DNA of 59,090 nucleotides, the filler included, from Candidatus Omnitrophota bacterium (lineage in GTDB: Bacteria > Omnitrophota > Gorgyraeia > JAGLLT01): NCBI GenBank assembly GCA_023140385.1. It is 3 parts of 3 records of this genome, joined end to end, with 100 filler letters (N's around TTAATTAATTAA, not from the genome) between each part and the next. Parts side by side here need not be neighbours in the genome. Positions count along the whole stretch, not along the records: positions 24,686 to 52,822 come from JAGLLT010000006.1; 2 more parts are not named here. The stretch is one strand, 5' to 3'. The notes under the pieces are model-generated. The model ran no database searches. It was not told the origin of the DNA and saw only the letters and a list, made by a program, of their open reading frames with translations. The position numbers and the translations under genes are program-made. Below are positions 36,105 to 46,183 of this stretch, piece by piece (the first letter of the stretch is position 1; every line of letters begins with the position of its first letter).

Positions 36105-37456
36105 CGCGCGATCTCCTCTGCCTTCATTAATCTGGAACCCTTTAATAAAACCACATCTTTGGGGCGGGCTATTTTATTTAATATCTCAACCGCTTCTTTT
36201 TTGGTCCGGGCATGAGTGGCCCTTGCTTTTTTCATACCTTTATCTAGGGCAGAAGTATAAATGAACTTCGCGTCCCTGCCCAGAGTAATTAAAAAGTCCA
36301 CCTCAGAAGCGGCTACAAGACGGCCTATCTCCTGATGGAACTTTTTACTGCCTGCTCCAAGTTCCAACATATCACAACAAACCATAATAGATCTTCCCTT
36401 TTTAGGAAGGGCGCACAAAGTTTTAACTGCCTGAGCTACTGATTCTGGATTGGCGTTGTAGGCGTCGTTAATCACCTCTACACCGCCCACTCTCATTCTC
36501 TCCATACGCATAGGAGACGGCTTAAAACCATTGAGGCTTGTTTTTATATTGTCATAACTAATTTTAAAAAATCTGGAGACGGCAATAGCTGCCAGGGCAT
36601 TGTATATGTTAAACTCACCGACAAGATTAAGCGTTATCTCATACCTGCCATTTAGTTTAAAGAGTATCTTATTCTTCCTCAGCCTGATATCGCCGGCCAT
36701 AAAGTCGCTTTTTTCCTTTATGCCAAAGGTAACCTTTTTGCCTTTAAAGTTTCTAAAAAGGGGTTTAAGATTTTTATCATCATTATTTAAAACAGCCGTC
36801 TTTTTACCCTTTAAGGTTTCAATCAGCTCCCACTTGGTTCTGGCAATACTGCTTACATCTTTAAAATGCTTCAGGTGGACGGGATGAACGCAGGTGATAA
36901 CCCCTACGTCTGCCAGGGCAATGCCATTAAGCATCTTAATCTCTCCCCGGTGATTCATTCCCATTTCCAGAACAGCGACTTCATCATCTTCTTTAAGCCT
37001 GAGCAAAGTAAGCGGCAGGCCAAACTCATTATTTAGAGTACCTATATTCTTAAGCACCTTATAGGAGGTGCTGAGAATTTTAGCGGCCATATCCTTGGTG
37101 GTCGTTTTACCGCAGGAACCGGTTACGGCTACAAGCGGCATCTTACACAATTGTCTCTTTAAGCGGGCAATCTGCCCCAGGGCACTGGTAGTATCAGCCA
37201 CCTTTATCAAAACCGAACCGGCGGTCTTATCTTTTATCCCTTTTAGCCGGCTGACAATAAAAAATCTAACACCTTTTTGATAAGCTTCATCAATAAAGTT
37301 ATGGCCGTCAAATCTGCGGCCCTTAATAGCCATAAACGCTTCCCGCCCGTCTATGTTCCTTGAGTCAATGCTAAAATCTTCAACCTTCTCCTCCGGCCTG
37401 CCCGATATCAGCTCTCCGCCAACAGCCTTTAAAATCCGCCTGACACTTAATTTCAT
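36077..37456 (-). CDS. murF: MurF ligase
   Basis: TGSCGKTTTK, EMGMNH, NDAYNANP, KGSR. Confidence 0.95.
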   Translation of the reverse strand: MKLSVRRILKAVGGELISGRPEEKVEDFSIDSRNIDGREAFMAIKGRRFDGHNFIDEAYQKGVRFFIVSRLKGIKDKTAGSVLIKVADTTSALGQIARLKRQLCKMPLVAVTGSCGKTTTKDMAAKILSTSYKVLKNIGTLNNEFGLPLTLLRLKEDDEVAVLEMGMNHRGEIKMLNGIALADVGVITCVHPVHLKHFKDVSSIARTKWELIETLKGKKTAVLNNDDKNLKPLFRNFKGKKVTFGIKEKSDFMAGDIRLRKNKILFKLNGRYEITLNLVGEFNIYNALAAIAVSRFFKISYDNIKTSLNGFKPSPMRMERMRVGGVEVINDAYNANPESVAQAVKTLCALPKKGRSIMVCCDMLELGAGSKKFHQEIGRLVAASEVDFLITLGRDAKFIYTSALDKGMKKARATHARTKKEAVEILNKIARPKDVVLLKGSRLMKAEEIARCFINCYTP

Positions 37457-37462
37457 AATATC

Positions 37463-38929
37463 CTATCTTTTTCTCAGTATTTTCTTCGCCGCCTCTACAT
37501 CATCAAAGGGCATAGTCCGGTTTTTAAAAATTTGCGTTTTTTCATGGCCTTTGCCGGCTATTAAGACTACGTCGTTTTTTTGAGCGGATTTAAAGGCCGT
37601 CTCTATTGCCTTCCTTCTGCCGGCCATGAATTTATACTTTTTAAAACCAGCCTCCGAAAAGCCGGCTCTTATGTCTTTAAAAATAGCAAGCGGTTTTTCC
37701 CTTCTTGGATTATCGTTGGTAACAATTACCAGATCGCTGTACATGGCGGCAGCCTTTGCCATTTTGGGCCGTTTAGTTCTGTCTCGATCGCCGCCGCAGC
37801 CAAAAACAGTGATTACTTTGCCTCTATCGCCCACCATCTCTCTTAAGAATCCCAAAACCTTCTCTAAGGCATCCGGCGTATGGGCGTAATCAACAAATAC
37901 CTTGAATTGCTGCCTCTCATTTACCCTCTCAAGCCTGCCCGGAACCTTCTTTAGCTTCTCTATTCCCCGCTTAACGTTAACCGGGCTAATACCCTCGGAA
38001 CAGGCCCAGGAGGCCGCGGCTAATATATTGTAAACATTGTGCATACCTGTCAGCCGGCTATTAACAGCCAGGTTAGCTGAAGGCGTCTTAATCAAAAATT
38101 CACTTTTATTCAGGCCTATTTTTATATCCACGGCTTTAAAATCGGCTTTGTTAAAAACGGCGTAGGTTACAAGCCGCGCCGCGCTTGCCTTTTTCAACTG
38201 CTCAAACACCTTATCGTCTCTATTGATAACAGCTATACCTCCGGCCGGTAAACCTTCAAACAGCCTCAATTTAGCCGCCAGATAATTCTTCATATTTTTG
38301 TGGTAGTCAAGATGGTCACGGGATAAATTACTAAAGATAGCCGCCTGAAAGTTCAAATCCTGAACGCGCCTCTGATCAAGCGCGTGTGAAGAGACCTCCA
38401 TAACTGAATATCCGATAGAGCGCTCTTTCATCTCATTCAGTAAACTGTGAAGCTTTATGGCTCCCGGCGTCGTATTTTTAAGCCCTTTAAATCCGGCGCC
38501 GGCCAATCTATATCCCAGGGTACCTATAACCGCCGTTTCATATCCGGCCTCAGTTAAAATACTGTTAATAAGAAGAGATATAGTTGTTTTGCCGTTTGTT
38601 CCCGTTATGCCTATTAGCTTGAGCTTCTCATTCTTTTTATAAAAATTGCCGAGCAGCACTCCCAGGGCATCTCTTGAATTATCAACTATTATCTTAATAA
38701 CTGATGGGGGGCAGTCAAAATCCTTCTCACTAATAACCGCCCTGACTCCCCTCGAAACAGCTTCCGCTATATAATTATGCCCATCGGTACTCCTGCCTCT
38801 GAGTGCCGCGAAAAGACAGTTTTTCTTTATCTCTTTTGAATTACAGCTCAAACTTTCTATATTAGCGTTAGGCAGAGTATCTTTATTTTCGCATTTAACC
38901 CCAATGAGTAACTTATGAAGCTTTGGCAT
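37463..38929 (-). CDS. murE: MurE ligase (DAP-type DNPR motif)
   Basis: GTNGKTT, DYAHTPD, GCGGDRD, NDNPR, AGKGHE. Confidence 0.96.
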   Translation of the reverse strand: MPKLHKLLIGVKCENKDTLPNANIESLSCNSKEIKKNCLFAALRGRSTDGHNYIAEAVSRGVRAVISEKDFDCPPSVIKIIVDNSRDALGVLLGNFYKKNEKLKLIGITGTNGKTTISLLINSILTEAGYETAVIGTLGYRLAGAGFKGLKNTTPGAIKLHSLLNEMKERSIGYSVMEVSSHALDQRRVQDLNFQAAIFSNLSRDHLDYHKNMKNYLAAKLRLFEGLPAGGIAVINRDDKVFEQLKKASAARLVTYAVFNKADFKAVDIKIGLNKSEFLIKTPSANLAVNSRLTGMHNVYNILAAASWACSEGISPVNVKRGIEKLKKVPGRLERVNERQQFKVFVDYAHTPDALEKVLGFLREMVGDRGKVITVFGCGGDRDRTKRPKMAKAAAMYSDLVIVTNDNPRREKPLAIFKDIRAGFSEAGFKKYKFMAGRRKAIETAFKSAQKNDVVLIAGKGHEKTQIFKNRTMPFDDVEAAKKILRKR

Positions 38930-38933
38930 ATTT

Positions 38934-40619
38934 TTAATTTAACCCGCTATTTTCTATATAATTGAGTACCTCTTGGGCTGCCGCTTTAAAGACAGGCGCT
39001 GAAACATGGCCTCCGTAATAGACCGGCCGCGGCTCATCCACCACAACTATCATGGCTATCTTAGGATTTTCTACCGGTAAAAATCCGGCAAAGACGGCAA
39101 TAAACTTCCCGCGCGAATATCCCCCCTTAGGGCTTACCTTTTGGGCGGTTCCGGTTTTGCCGGCTGCCGTATAGCCCTTCACCTTTGCCCTTTTGCCGGT
39201 TCCCCCTTCGACGACGGCGGCTAAAATCTCCTTTAACTGACTGCTCGTTTTTTCACCAAAAATTCTCGGGCCGCGTTCAGGCTTAAACTCCTTTAAGCAT
39301 TCATCCCGCTTGTCAGTAATGCGCTTAACCAGATGAGGCCTAACCAACCGGCCCTCGTTGGCTACCGCTGACATAGCGCGCAGCATCTGCAGGGCGGTTA
39401 CGGCAATCTCCTGGCCCATAGGAATAGCTGAAATTGATATCTTTGACCATTGCTCCGGAGGCCTGATTATTCCGTTTTCTTCCAACGGCAGGTCAATGCC
39501 GGTTACATTTCCAAACCCAAAATGTTTAATGTACTGATAAAGCATATCCTTCTTGAGTCTCTGGGCAACCTTAACAGTCCCAATGTTGGATGAGTATTTA
39601 ATAACCTCCTTAAAAGTAAGTTCTTTATACGGTTTGTGGTCATGAAGCGTATGGCGGTGAATTCTGTAGGCGCCGTTTTCGCAGTAAATTTTATCCTCGG
39701 GCGAAATAATGCCTTCTTCCAGGGCGCCGGCGGCAGTTACTATTTTAAAAACAGAGCCGGGTTCAAAAATATCACACACAGCTCTATTCCTGCGCGCGTC
39801 AGAACTGCTTTTAGCAAAAGAGTTAGGATTGAATGTCGGCCTGTTAGCCATAGCCAGAATCTCACCGGTTGACGGATCCATAATAATTATGATGGCAGCC
39901 TTAGCTTTGTACTTTTTATAGACCGCCTCTAACTCTCTTTCAGCGATATGCTGGATATACTTATCAATCGTCAGGATTATATCATAACCGTCCATGGGGC
40001 TGCTGATAAGCTGCTCTTTGGACTCAATGCGCCTGCCTTTGGCATCCCTGGATATAATAGTTAAACCTGCCGCGCCCTTCAGGTAATCATTATAGTATAA
40101 TTCTAAACCTTCCAGGCCATCGTTGTCAATGCCTACAAAGCCTAAAATATGAGAGGCCAAAATCTGATCCGGATAAAAACGCTTACTTTCCTTAATTAAG
40201 CCCAGCGCTCCTATACCAAGCTCATCAAGGCCTTTAGCGTTTTCTTCACTGATATACCTCTTTATCCAGACAAAGGCCTTGTCTTTCCTAAGCAGCCTTA
40301 AAACTTTATCGCTGTCTAAATCAAAAAAGACGGCTAATTTATCTGCCGCCCCCTGCTTATCTTTAATCTTGCGCGGATTGGCATAGCAGGAGGAAACATT
40401 AAAACTGACAGCCAGCTCCCTCATCTTTCGGTCATATATACGGCCTCTTTGGGGAGGAATTTTGTAATAAAATCTATGCTGCTTATCAGCCAGGAGGCTG
40501 AACTGTTCTGACTTTATTATTTGCAGATAGAATACGCGCCCGATAAATATAAATAACGGGAGCAATAAAAAGAAGATATATATTATTAGAGAGCGAAAAT
40601 TGCAGCGTCTTTCATACAC
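38934..40619 (-). CDS. ftsI: Class B penicillin-binding protein FtsI
   Basis: RGRIYDR, EPGSVFK, SSN, KTGTAQ. Confidence 0.93.
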   Translation of the reverse strand: MYERRCNFRSLIIYIFFLLLPLFIFIGRVFYLQIIKSEQFSLLADKQHRFYYKIPPQRGRIYDRKMRELAVSFNVSSCYANPRKIKDKQGAADKLAVFFDLDSDKVLRLLRKDKAFVWIKRYISEENAKGLDELGIGALGLIKESKRFYPDQILASHILGFVGIDNDGLEGLELYYNDYLKGAAGLTIISRDAKGRRIESKEQLISSPMDGYDIILTIDKYIQHIAERELEAVYKKYKAKAAIIIIMDPSTGEILAMANRPTFNPNSFAKSSSDARRNRAVCDIFEPGSVFKIVTAAGALEEGIISPEDKIYCENGAYRIHRHTLHDHKPYKELTFKEVIKYSSNIGTVKVAQRLKKDMLYQYIKHFGFGNVTGIDLPLEENGIIRPPEQWSKISISAIPMGQEIAVTALQMLRAMSAVANEGRLVRPHLVKRITDKRDECLKEFKPERGPRIFGEKTSSQLKEILAAVVEGGTGKRAKVKGYTAAGKTGTAQKVSPKGGYSRGKFIAVFAGFLPVENPKIAMIVVVDEPRPVYYGGHVSAPVFKAAAQEVLNYIENSGLN

Positions 40620-40669
40620 AATTTAATTAATCGTTTCCTGACAATCGCGGCCAGCTTATAGCGGGCCTA

Positions 40670-41038
40670 TCATTCCTCTATAGGCTCAGCTTCCGCTTTA
40701 CGGTTTATATCAAACAGGCTAAAGATGCTTCTTTTGGATGCTTCAAGAGACTCATCGGATAAACTTAGCGCCTTAGCCAAATATACTATTTGCTCTCTAT
40801 CCGGAATACACAGAACAACATCTTCTGAAAGCAGTTCTCTTTCTAAATTTGAGGGTGACTTTAGCGTAGACGCATTATAAGCCAAATTGTTATTTTCGTC
40901 AAGAAGCCTTTCAATCACCGTTTGACTGTTATCTATCTCATAACTCAAACTTAATAAAGCGCTTTGCTGGCTGATATAATAAAGACATATGCCGGTTACA
41001 AAAAAAATAACTATTAGAAATTTTCCCAGTGGCTTCAT
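40670..41038 (-). CDS. ftsL: FtsL-like cell division protein
   Basis: TM + coiled coil, LKSPSNLE; between rsmH and ftsI. Confidence 0.7.
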   Translation of the reverse strand: MKPLGKFLIVIFFVTGICLYYISQQSALLSLSYEIDNSQTVIERLLDENNNLAYNASTLKSPSNLERELLSEDVVLCIPDREQIVYLAKALSLSDESLEASKRSIFSLFDINRKAEAEPIEE

Positions 41039-41042
41039 TTGT

Positions 41043-41927
41043 TTATCCTATCTTTTCCGCCGCCCTCAACTTGGCGCTTCTTGAGCGGGGATTTTCTTTT
41101 CTTTCCTGAGGTCCGGACCTCAGGGGTTTTTTAGTTAAAACCTTAAGGATAGACTCTCTGGCCAAGTCCCTGAATTTATTTTTTACAATTCTGTCCTCCA
41201 GCGACTGAAACGACAGAACACATATCCTTGAACCGCCCCTTAAAAGGCCCACCGCTTTATTTAAGCTTATTTGCAAAGCCTCAAGTTCGTTATTTACGGC
41301 TATTCTAAAGGCCTGAAAAGTTCGAGTCGCCGGATGTATTTTCTCACGCCGCCTGCCGCGCGGCAAAGCCCCACTGACAATATCTGCCAGAGCTTTGGTA
41401 GAAGATATAAAATGTTCCTTTCTTTTTTCCACTATTAAAGAAGCTATCCTTCGGGAATAGCGTTCCTCTCCGTATTTAAAGATAATTCTGCTAATCTCCT
41501 CTTTGGGAAGGTTATTAACTAAATCAAAGGCGCTTAGCTGTCCGTTTTTATCCATCCTCATATCCAACGGGCCATCCCGCAAAAAGCTAAATCCCCTCTC
41601 AGAACTATCAAGCTGAAAAGAAGATACGCCTAAATCATAAAGAACAGCGTCTATCTCTTTTATATTTAATTGCCCGAGAATAGTATCTATATCTTTAAAG
41701 TTTCCGTATACCAATTTACAGTTTTTTTCATAACCCTTTAACCTTCGGCGGGCTAGCTCCAGTATTTCCTCATCCTGGTCAATACCAATTAATCGTCCTG
41801 CCGGAGCTATCTGCTTTAGGATATTTATACTGTGGCCGCCCGCTCCCACCGTACAATCTACAACGATATTTCCCGGCTTTAAGCTAAGATACTCACTTAT
41901 CTCTTCTGTCATAACAGGCCTGTGCAC
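41043..41927 (-). CDS. rsmH: 16S rRNA m4C1402 methyltransferase
   Basis: HRPVM, DCTVGAGGHS, DLGVSS, LDMRM, NPRSRSAKLR. Confidence 0.96.
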   Translation of the reverse strand: MHRPVMTEEISEYLSLKPGNIVVDCTVGAGGHSINILKQIAPAGRLIGIDQDEEILELARRRLKGYEKNCKLVYGNFKDIDTILGQLNIKEIDAVLYDLGVSSFQLDSSERGFSFLRDGPLDMRMDKNGQLSAFDLVNNLPKEEISRIIFKYGEERYSRRIASLIVEKRKEHFISSTKALADIVSGALPRGRRREKIHPATRTFQAFRIAVNNELEALQISLNKAVGLLRGGSRICVLSFQSLEDRIVKNKFRDLARESILKVLTKKPLRSGPQERKENPRSRSAKLRAAEKIG

Positions 41928-41954
41928 GTGCTTTAAGACCCTTTCTTGCGCTTT

Positions 41955-42155
41955 TTACTTGATGTTCAATAGTGTATCTACCCACCTGGAAGCATTTGAT
42001 GACTTGACCATTTTCAATGTGAAGGTATTAAAGTGCAAATTATCCTTCTCATCGTACAATGCCCTTTTCTTTCTAAAAACTTCCATTGGTATCCCTAATT
42101 CAGAGAATTCAAAATGCTTGGATGTGTCAATATAAACGCGAACGCTCTCTCTCAT
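41955..42155 (-). CDS. Small hypothetical protein (66 aa from ATG 42155; 69 aa from GTG 42164)
   Basis: Fills the mraZ-rsmH spacer on the operon strand; SD GGGGGTG upstream of the ATG. Confidence 0.6.
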   Translation of the reverse strand: MRESVRVYIDTSKHFEFSELGIPMEVFRKKRALYDEKDNLHFNTFTLKMVKSSNASRWVDTLLNIK

Positions 42156-42173
42156 TTCCTTCACCCCCTTTTC

Positions 42174-42623
42174 TTAAAACTTATCGGGAGGGTCTATCAA
42201 CTCTTCGGCAATGTCTTCAAAAGAGCTCTGTGTATTTTTATAATACTCTTTCCAGACCCCCTCGTCCCATATTTCAAACCTGTTGGAAACACCGACAATT
42301 ATAACCTCTTTTTTAATCTGGGCATACTCCTTGAGATATTTGGGTATGAGAATCCTGCCCTGCTTATCGAGGGATGCTTCACAAGCTCCTGAAAAATAAA
42401 GACGGTTAAATTTTCGTGAATCTCTTTTGGTAAACGGTAGGGATCTAAATTTGTGCTCTTGCGCTTTCCATTCTTCTTCAACAAAAACAAAAAGGCATTT
42501 ATCTAACCCGCGGGTAACATATAACTTATCAATATAATTCTCTTTTGTCAGTAGGCGAAACTTGGCAGGAATAATAAGCCGCCCCTTGCGGTCAATTGTA
42601 TGCTTATACTCCCCATAGAACAT
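42174..42623 (-). CDS. mraZ: Transcriptional regulator MraZ
   Basis: MFYGEY..IDRKGRL, LDKQGRI, FEIW. Confidence 0.96.
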   Translation of the reverse strand: MFYGEYKHTIDRKGRLIIPAKFRLLTKENYIDKLYVTRGLDKCLFVFVEEEWKAQEHKFRSLPFTKRDSRKFNRLYFSGACEASLDKQGRILIPKYLKEYAQIKKEVIIVGVSNRFEIWDEGVWKEYYKNTQSSFEDIAEELIDPPDKF

Positions 42624-42630
42624 TTGATAT

Positions 42631-42688
42631 CCCCCACTTTACTCCACTACATACCACGAAGTATACCCTACACACCCTTTTATGTCAA
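42631..42688 (-). promoter_or_regulatory. dcw promoter (TTGACA-17-TATACT) followed by three GTGG MraZ-binding repeats at 10-bp spacing
   Basis: -35 at 42683-42688, -10 at 42660-42665; CCAC at 42634, 42644, 42654. Confidence 0.85.
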
Positions 42689-42801
42689 GGATAAAATATA
42701 CTTTTTTTGTTTAAACACAATAAGTTGTGGAAAATAGAAAAAATGGCCAATATGTAGGGGAAACTAAAAAATGGGAAGCTTTCCTGATTATGATGCAGAG
42801 A

Positions 42802-43227
42802 TTATGAGGTGTGCTCGTCCACGGCCAATGTAGCCAATCTGTCCGCTTCTTTATTCAAATGCCGCTTTATATGAACAATCTTAACCTCATCTAAGGCATC
42901 TATCAGATGCCTGGCCTGAATATAGAGGGGTTTCAGATTATCGCTCTTGACCTTGTATTGACCGCTTAACTGCCTGGCTACAAGCTCGCTATCCGTTTTT
43001 ATGGTTATCGCCGCGGCTTTAAGAATAAAGGCTTCGGAAAGAGCAAGATTTATGGCGCTATACTCAGCCACATTATTACTTGCCTTACCGATATACTTGG
43101 AAATTCTCTTTATGCATCTTCCGTCATCGTCGTAAACTACTACACCAATACCGGCATGCCCGGGATTTCCCTGGCTGGCGCCGTCTACAAAAAAAATAAT
43201 TTTTTGGGAAGGGAGTGGCTTTATCAA
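42802..43227 (-). CDS. rnhA: Ribonuclease HI family protein
   Basis: VDGASQGNPGHAG, NNVAEY, TDSELV, NKEADRLA. Confidence 0.9.
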   Translation of the reverse strand: MIKPLPSQKIIFFVDGASQGNPGHAGIGVVVYDDDGRCIKRISKYIGKASNNVAEYSAINLALSEAFILKAAAITIKTDSELVARQLSGQYKVKSDNLKPLYIQARHLIDALDEVKIVHIKRHLNKEADRLATLAVDEHTS

Positions 43228-43935
43228 TTATTCCTCAATATAGAGTATGCGGGAACAGTTCTCGCAGGCAATAAGGTTTTTACCCAGCTTAACCTCGTGA
43301 ATTGACTGAGGGCGAAGATTCATAAAACAACCCTGACAAGCTGAATCTCTAACGGCAACTATAGCCCGCTGGCCTCTCTTGTTTTGAAGTATCTTTTCAT
43401 ACCTGCTAAGCACGGGTTTTTCTATGGTTGAGGCAATCTTACTTCTTTCGTCTTTTAAGCTTTCGTACTCCTTGTCAAGCTCAGCCATCTTATTGCTTAC
43501 CGCAACCACGCGCTCGTCCAAAAGTTTCTTCCTTTCCTTAAGGTCATTCTTTTTTTCTTCTATGGCGGCTTCCATTTTATCAATCTCATCCAGGATATTA
43601 AGAATCTCTTCCTCGACTAATGAGCTGTCCGCCCTGGTAGAACTTATCTCGTTTTCAAGCGCCCGATACTCATCATTTTTCTTTACCTGATAGAGCTGGC
43701 CCTGCAGCTTCTTTATCTGCGCCTCCTTGCTCTCCAACTCCACCTCTTTATCTTTCCCCTTAACCTGCATGCCCTTTTTCTCTTCTTTAAGCCCGTTTAT
43801 CTGACTTTGGACATCTTCATAAATCAGTTTTTCAGCGTCCACCTCTCGCGGCAATCTTATTTTTTCATCTTCAATTTCAATAATCTTAGAGTCGTAATTC
43901 TGAAGCTTTACCAGTTTTTTGATTTGCTCTTCCAT
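43228..43935 (-). CDS. C4 zinc-ribbon coiled-coil protein (DUF164/CT398-like); start at 43935 because the longer ORF overlaps tRNA-Val
   Basis: LVKLQNYD, long coiled coil, CQGC...CENCSRILY. Confidence 0.88.
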   Translation of the reverse strand: MEEQIKKLVKLQNYDSKIIEIEDEKIRLPREVDAEKLIYEDVQSQINGLKEEKKGMQVKGKDKEVELESKEAQIKKLQGQLYQVKKNDEYRALENEISSTRADSSLVEEEILNILDEIDKMEAAIEEKKNDLKERKKLLDERVVAVSNKMAELDKEYESLKDERSKIASTIEKPVLSRYEKILQNKRGQRAIVAVRDSACQGCFMNLRPQSIHEVKLGKNLIACENCSRILYIEE

Positions 43936-43964
43936 AAATTTAAAACCCTTTTTTATAATCATTT

Positions 43965-44041
43965 TGGTGGGCGATGCAGGACTCGAACCTGCTACTTCCA
44001 CGATGTGAACGTGGCACTCTAACCAAATGAGCTAATCGCCC
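43965..44041 (-). tRNA. tRNA-Val (CAC)
   Basis: GGGCGATTAGCTCA...CCACG TT CAC AT CGTGG...GGTTCGAGTCC...CGCCCACCA. Confidence 0.95.
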
Positions 44042-44068
44042 TCCTTCGCTAAAGCTACGGCGGGCAGG

Positions 44069-44131
44069 CCCGCTTTCACTATTAACTATTACGTAAACCC
44101 GCTTTCACTATCAACTATTACGTAAACCCGC
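44069..44131. repeat. 29-bp tandem repeat (2.2 copies) in the tRNA spacer
   Basis: cccgctttcactat(t/c)aactattacgtaaa twice, then cccgc. Confidence 0.9.
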
Positions 44132-44212
44132 CTGCTTCGCTGTTAGCTATGGCGGATAAATAGCTCCAAAGAATCGCTGGCCTGCCAGCCATAGCTCCAA
44201 AGGAGCGACGGC

Positions 44213-44289
44213 TGGTGGGCCCACCAGGACTTGAACCTGGGACCTACTGATTATGAGTCAGCCGCTCTAACCAACTGAGCTATGGGCCC
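44213..44289 (-). tRNA. tRNA with CAT anticodon, most likely tRNA-Ile2 (lysidine)
   Basis: GGGCCCATAGCTCAGTTGGTTAGAGC..GACTCATAATC..CCCACCA; paired 1-72; no initiator GGG/CCC anticodon stem. Confidence 0.88.
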
Positions 44290-44354
44290 GATAAGTAACC
44301 TTTCGTTATTATACAAAGATAATACGAAAAAGCAATAAAAAAATTCTTCTCCCC

Positions 44355-46058
44355 TTATTTGTCTTCGGGAGGATTGCTTATCATCTCGATGAACTTTTCC
44401 GGTAAGTCATAACCTAACTCAACAAGCCTGTCCGCGGATTGACGGGCCAGGCCGCTCTTGCCCTGCCGCATATAGAAAAGAGCCAGGTTGTAATGAGCAA
44501 GGGCGTAATCCGGCTTAAGCTTAATGGCCTCTTTAGAGGCAGCGACCGCCTTTTTAAGTTCGCCGGTCAAAGAATAAGCTATGGCCAGGTTATTATAACT
44601 ATTAACGTAAGTCTTATTTAATTCGATGGACTTCCTGAACGACACTATAGCTTTCTCATATCTGCCCAGTGAGTTATAGGCATTGCCCAGATTATAGTAG
44701 GCGAAGCTGTAGTCCGGTTTTAACTCTATAGCCCTCTTACAAGAAGCTATCGCCTCTTTATATCTGCCTCTTTGAGAATATTCATTACCCAGGGTGCTAT
44801 ATAACCTATGGCTTGAGGGGGCGCATCTCAGTGTTCTTTTATAAAAAGTAAGAGCATCTTTCCAGTAATCACATTGTTTCACAGTTAAACAACCGTAAAA
44901 AAATAACAGTCCGGTTATGACGACAGCCATTAAAACACCGCATCTTCTTTTTCTATAAAGACGCGTTAAAATCCACCCGCTAATTAAAAAGAAGCCCACA
45001 GACGGCAGGTACAGCCAGTGCTCAGCCATATAAGAGTTAATCGGATAAAAATTGGAAACCGGCAGCAAGGCCGCCAAAAACCAGAAAAGGGCGAAAGAAA
45101 TTAGCTTATTACTCCCTCTCTTACTAAAGGCGTAAACCACTAATAACAAGAAGATAATAAAGCCTAATATTACCTGAAGCTGAGCAGGATAAAATAGTTT
45201 AATCCCATACTCCATATGAAGATTAAGCGGTAAGAAAAGTAAACTTACATAACTTCCCAGAGCGGCAAAAAACCCCGGCACCCTCTGAAGTAAGGTGGTG
45301 GACGCGTAGTTAGAAGCTAAAGGAACGCTGAACTTTAAAACTGTCATCCTTAAAAAGACATACGCGGCGGTAGTGCCCAACATAACAATTAACACTCTTT
45401 TATTAATCTTTCGGCCAAATATGTAGGAATAAAGAATGATTAAAAGCGGTAGGATTAAACTGCTTTCCCTTGATAACAAAGCCAAAATATAAAAAACAAA
45501 AATAAGGATTTCAGAAAAAAAATTTTTTTTCTTTTCAAGCTTCGCGTAAAAAATGAAACTAAGCAGTATAAATAGGGCTGATAGGGGATCCGCCCTTCCT
45601 GAAATATAACAAACAGCCTCCGTATGAATCGGATGAACCGCGAATAACAGTCCGGTTATTAAAGAAAGAAGCCGGTCATCAAAAAGAATAGTTACAAACC
45701 AATAAACAGCCAAAGCCGTTAAAATATGCAATAATATATTCGTTAGATGAAAACCAAAATGATTGAGCCCCCACAAAGAATAATCAAACATATAAGTCAG
45801 TATCTGAAGCGGGCGGTAAGCAAGGTATAAATCTCCTGAACCGCCGGCTAAACTTTCCGTAAAAATATTCGGGAGGCAGGATAAGTCTCTTATATAAGTA
45901 TTGTTTTTCACCAAATGATTGTCATCCCATATAAACCGGCCATCCAGGGAGTCTAAATAAACAAAAGATCCCGCCAGCATTATTAAAACAACCGATAGCA
46001 GAACGATTATTTTCAAAGGAACAACTTTTCTTTGCGTAAAACTATCAACCTTTTTCAT
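44355..46058 (-). CDS. TMTC-like GT-C membrane protein with C-terminal TPRs
   Basis: FIWDD, YRPL, HPIHTEAV..ISGR, AEHWLYLPS, about 4 TPRs. Confidence 0.85.
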   Translation of the reverse strand: MKKVDSFTQRKVVPLKIIVLLSVVLIMLAGSFVYLDSLDGRFIWDDNHLVKNNTYIRDLSCLPNIFTESLAGGSGDLYLAYRPLQILTYMFDYSLWGLNHFGFHLTNILLHILTALAVYWFVTILFDDRLLSLITGLLFAVHPIHTEAVCYISGRADPLSALFILLSFIFYAKLEKKKNFFSEILIFVFYILALLSRESSLILPLLIILYSYIFGRKINKRVLIVMLGTTAAYVFLRMTVLKFSVPLASNYASTTLLQRVPGFFAALGSYVSLLFLPLNLHMEYGIKLFYPAQLQVILGFIIFLLLVVYAFSKRGSNKLISFALFWFLAALLPVSNFYPINSYMAEHWLYLPSVGFFLISGWILTRLYRKRRCGVLMAVVITGLLFFYGCLTVKQCDYWKDALTFYKRTLRCAPSSHRLYSTLGNEYSQRGRYKEAIASCKRAIELKPDYSFAYYNLGNAYNSLGRYEKAIVSFRKSIELNKTYVNSYNNLAIAYSLTGELKKAVAASKEAIKLKPDYALAHYNLALFYMRQGKSGLARQSADRLVELGYDLPEKFIEMISNPPEDK

Positions 46059-46147
46059 ATAGGTCTTTCTTCTTTAAAATCATACGTCAAAGTATACATT
46101 CTCTCCGGCAACAATACAACAGCAAAAGAATGCTTGAAAGAATGTTC

Positions 46148-46176
46148 TTGACCTTACTCTTCCAAAACACTATTAT
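46148..46176 (+). promoter_or_regulatory. Sigma70 promoter TTGACC-17-TATTAT, 7 nt before the ATG at 46184
   Basis: Consensus match; no SD between the -10 and the ATG. Confidence 0.55.
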
Positions 46177-46183
46177 ATATTAA

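Noticed and set aside
43936..44001. N-terminal extension of the zinc-ribbon ORF
   Set aside because: Overlaps tRNA-Val; the ATG at 43935 matches the family start
44069..44131. 29-bp repeats as a CRISPR array
   Set aside because: Directly tandem with no spacers, only about 2 copies, and no cas genes
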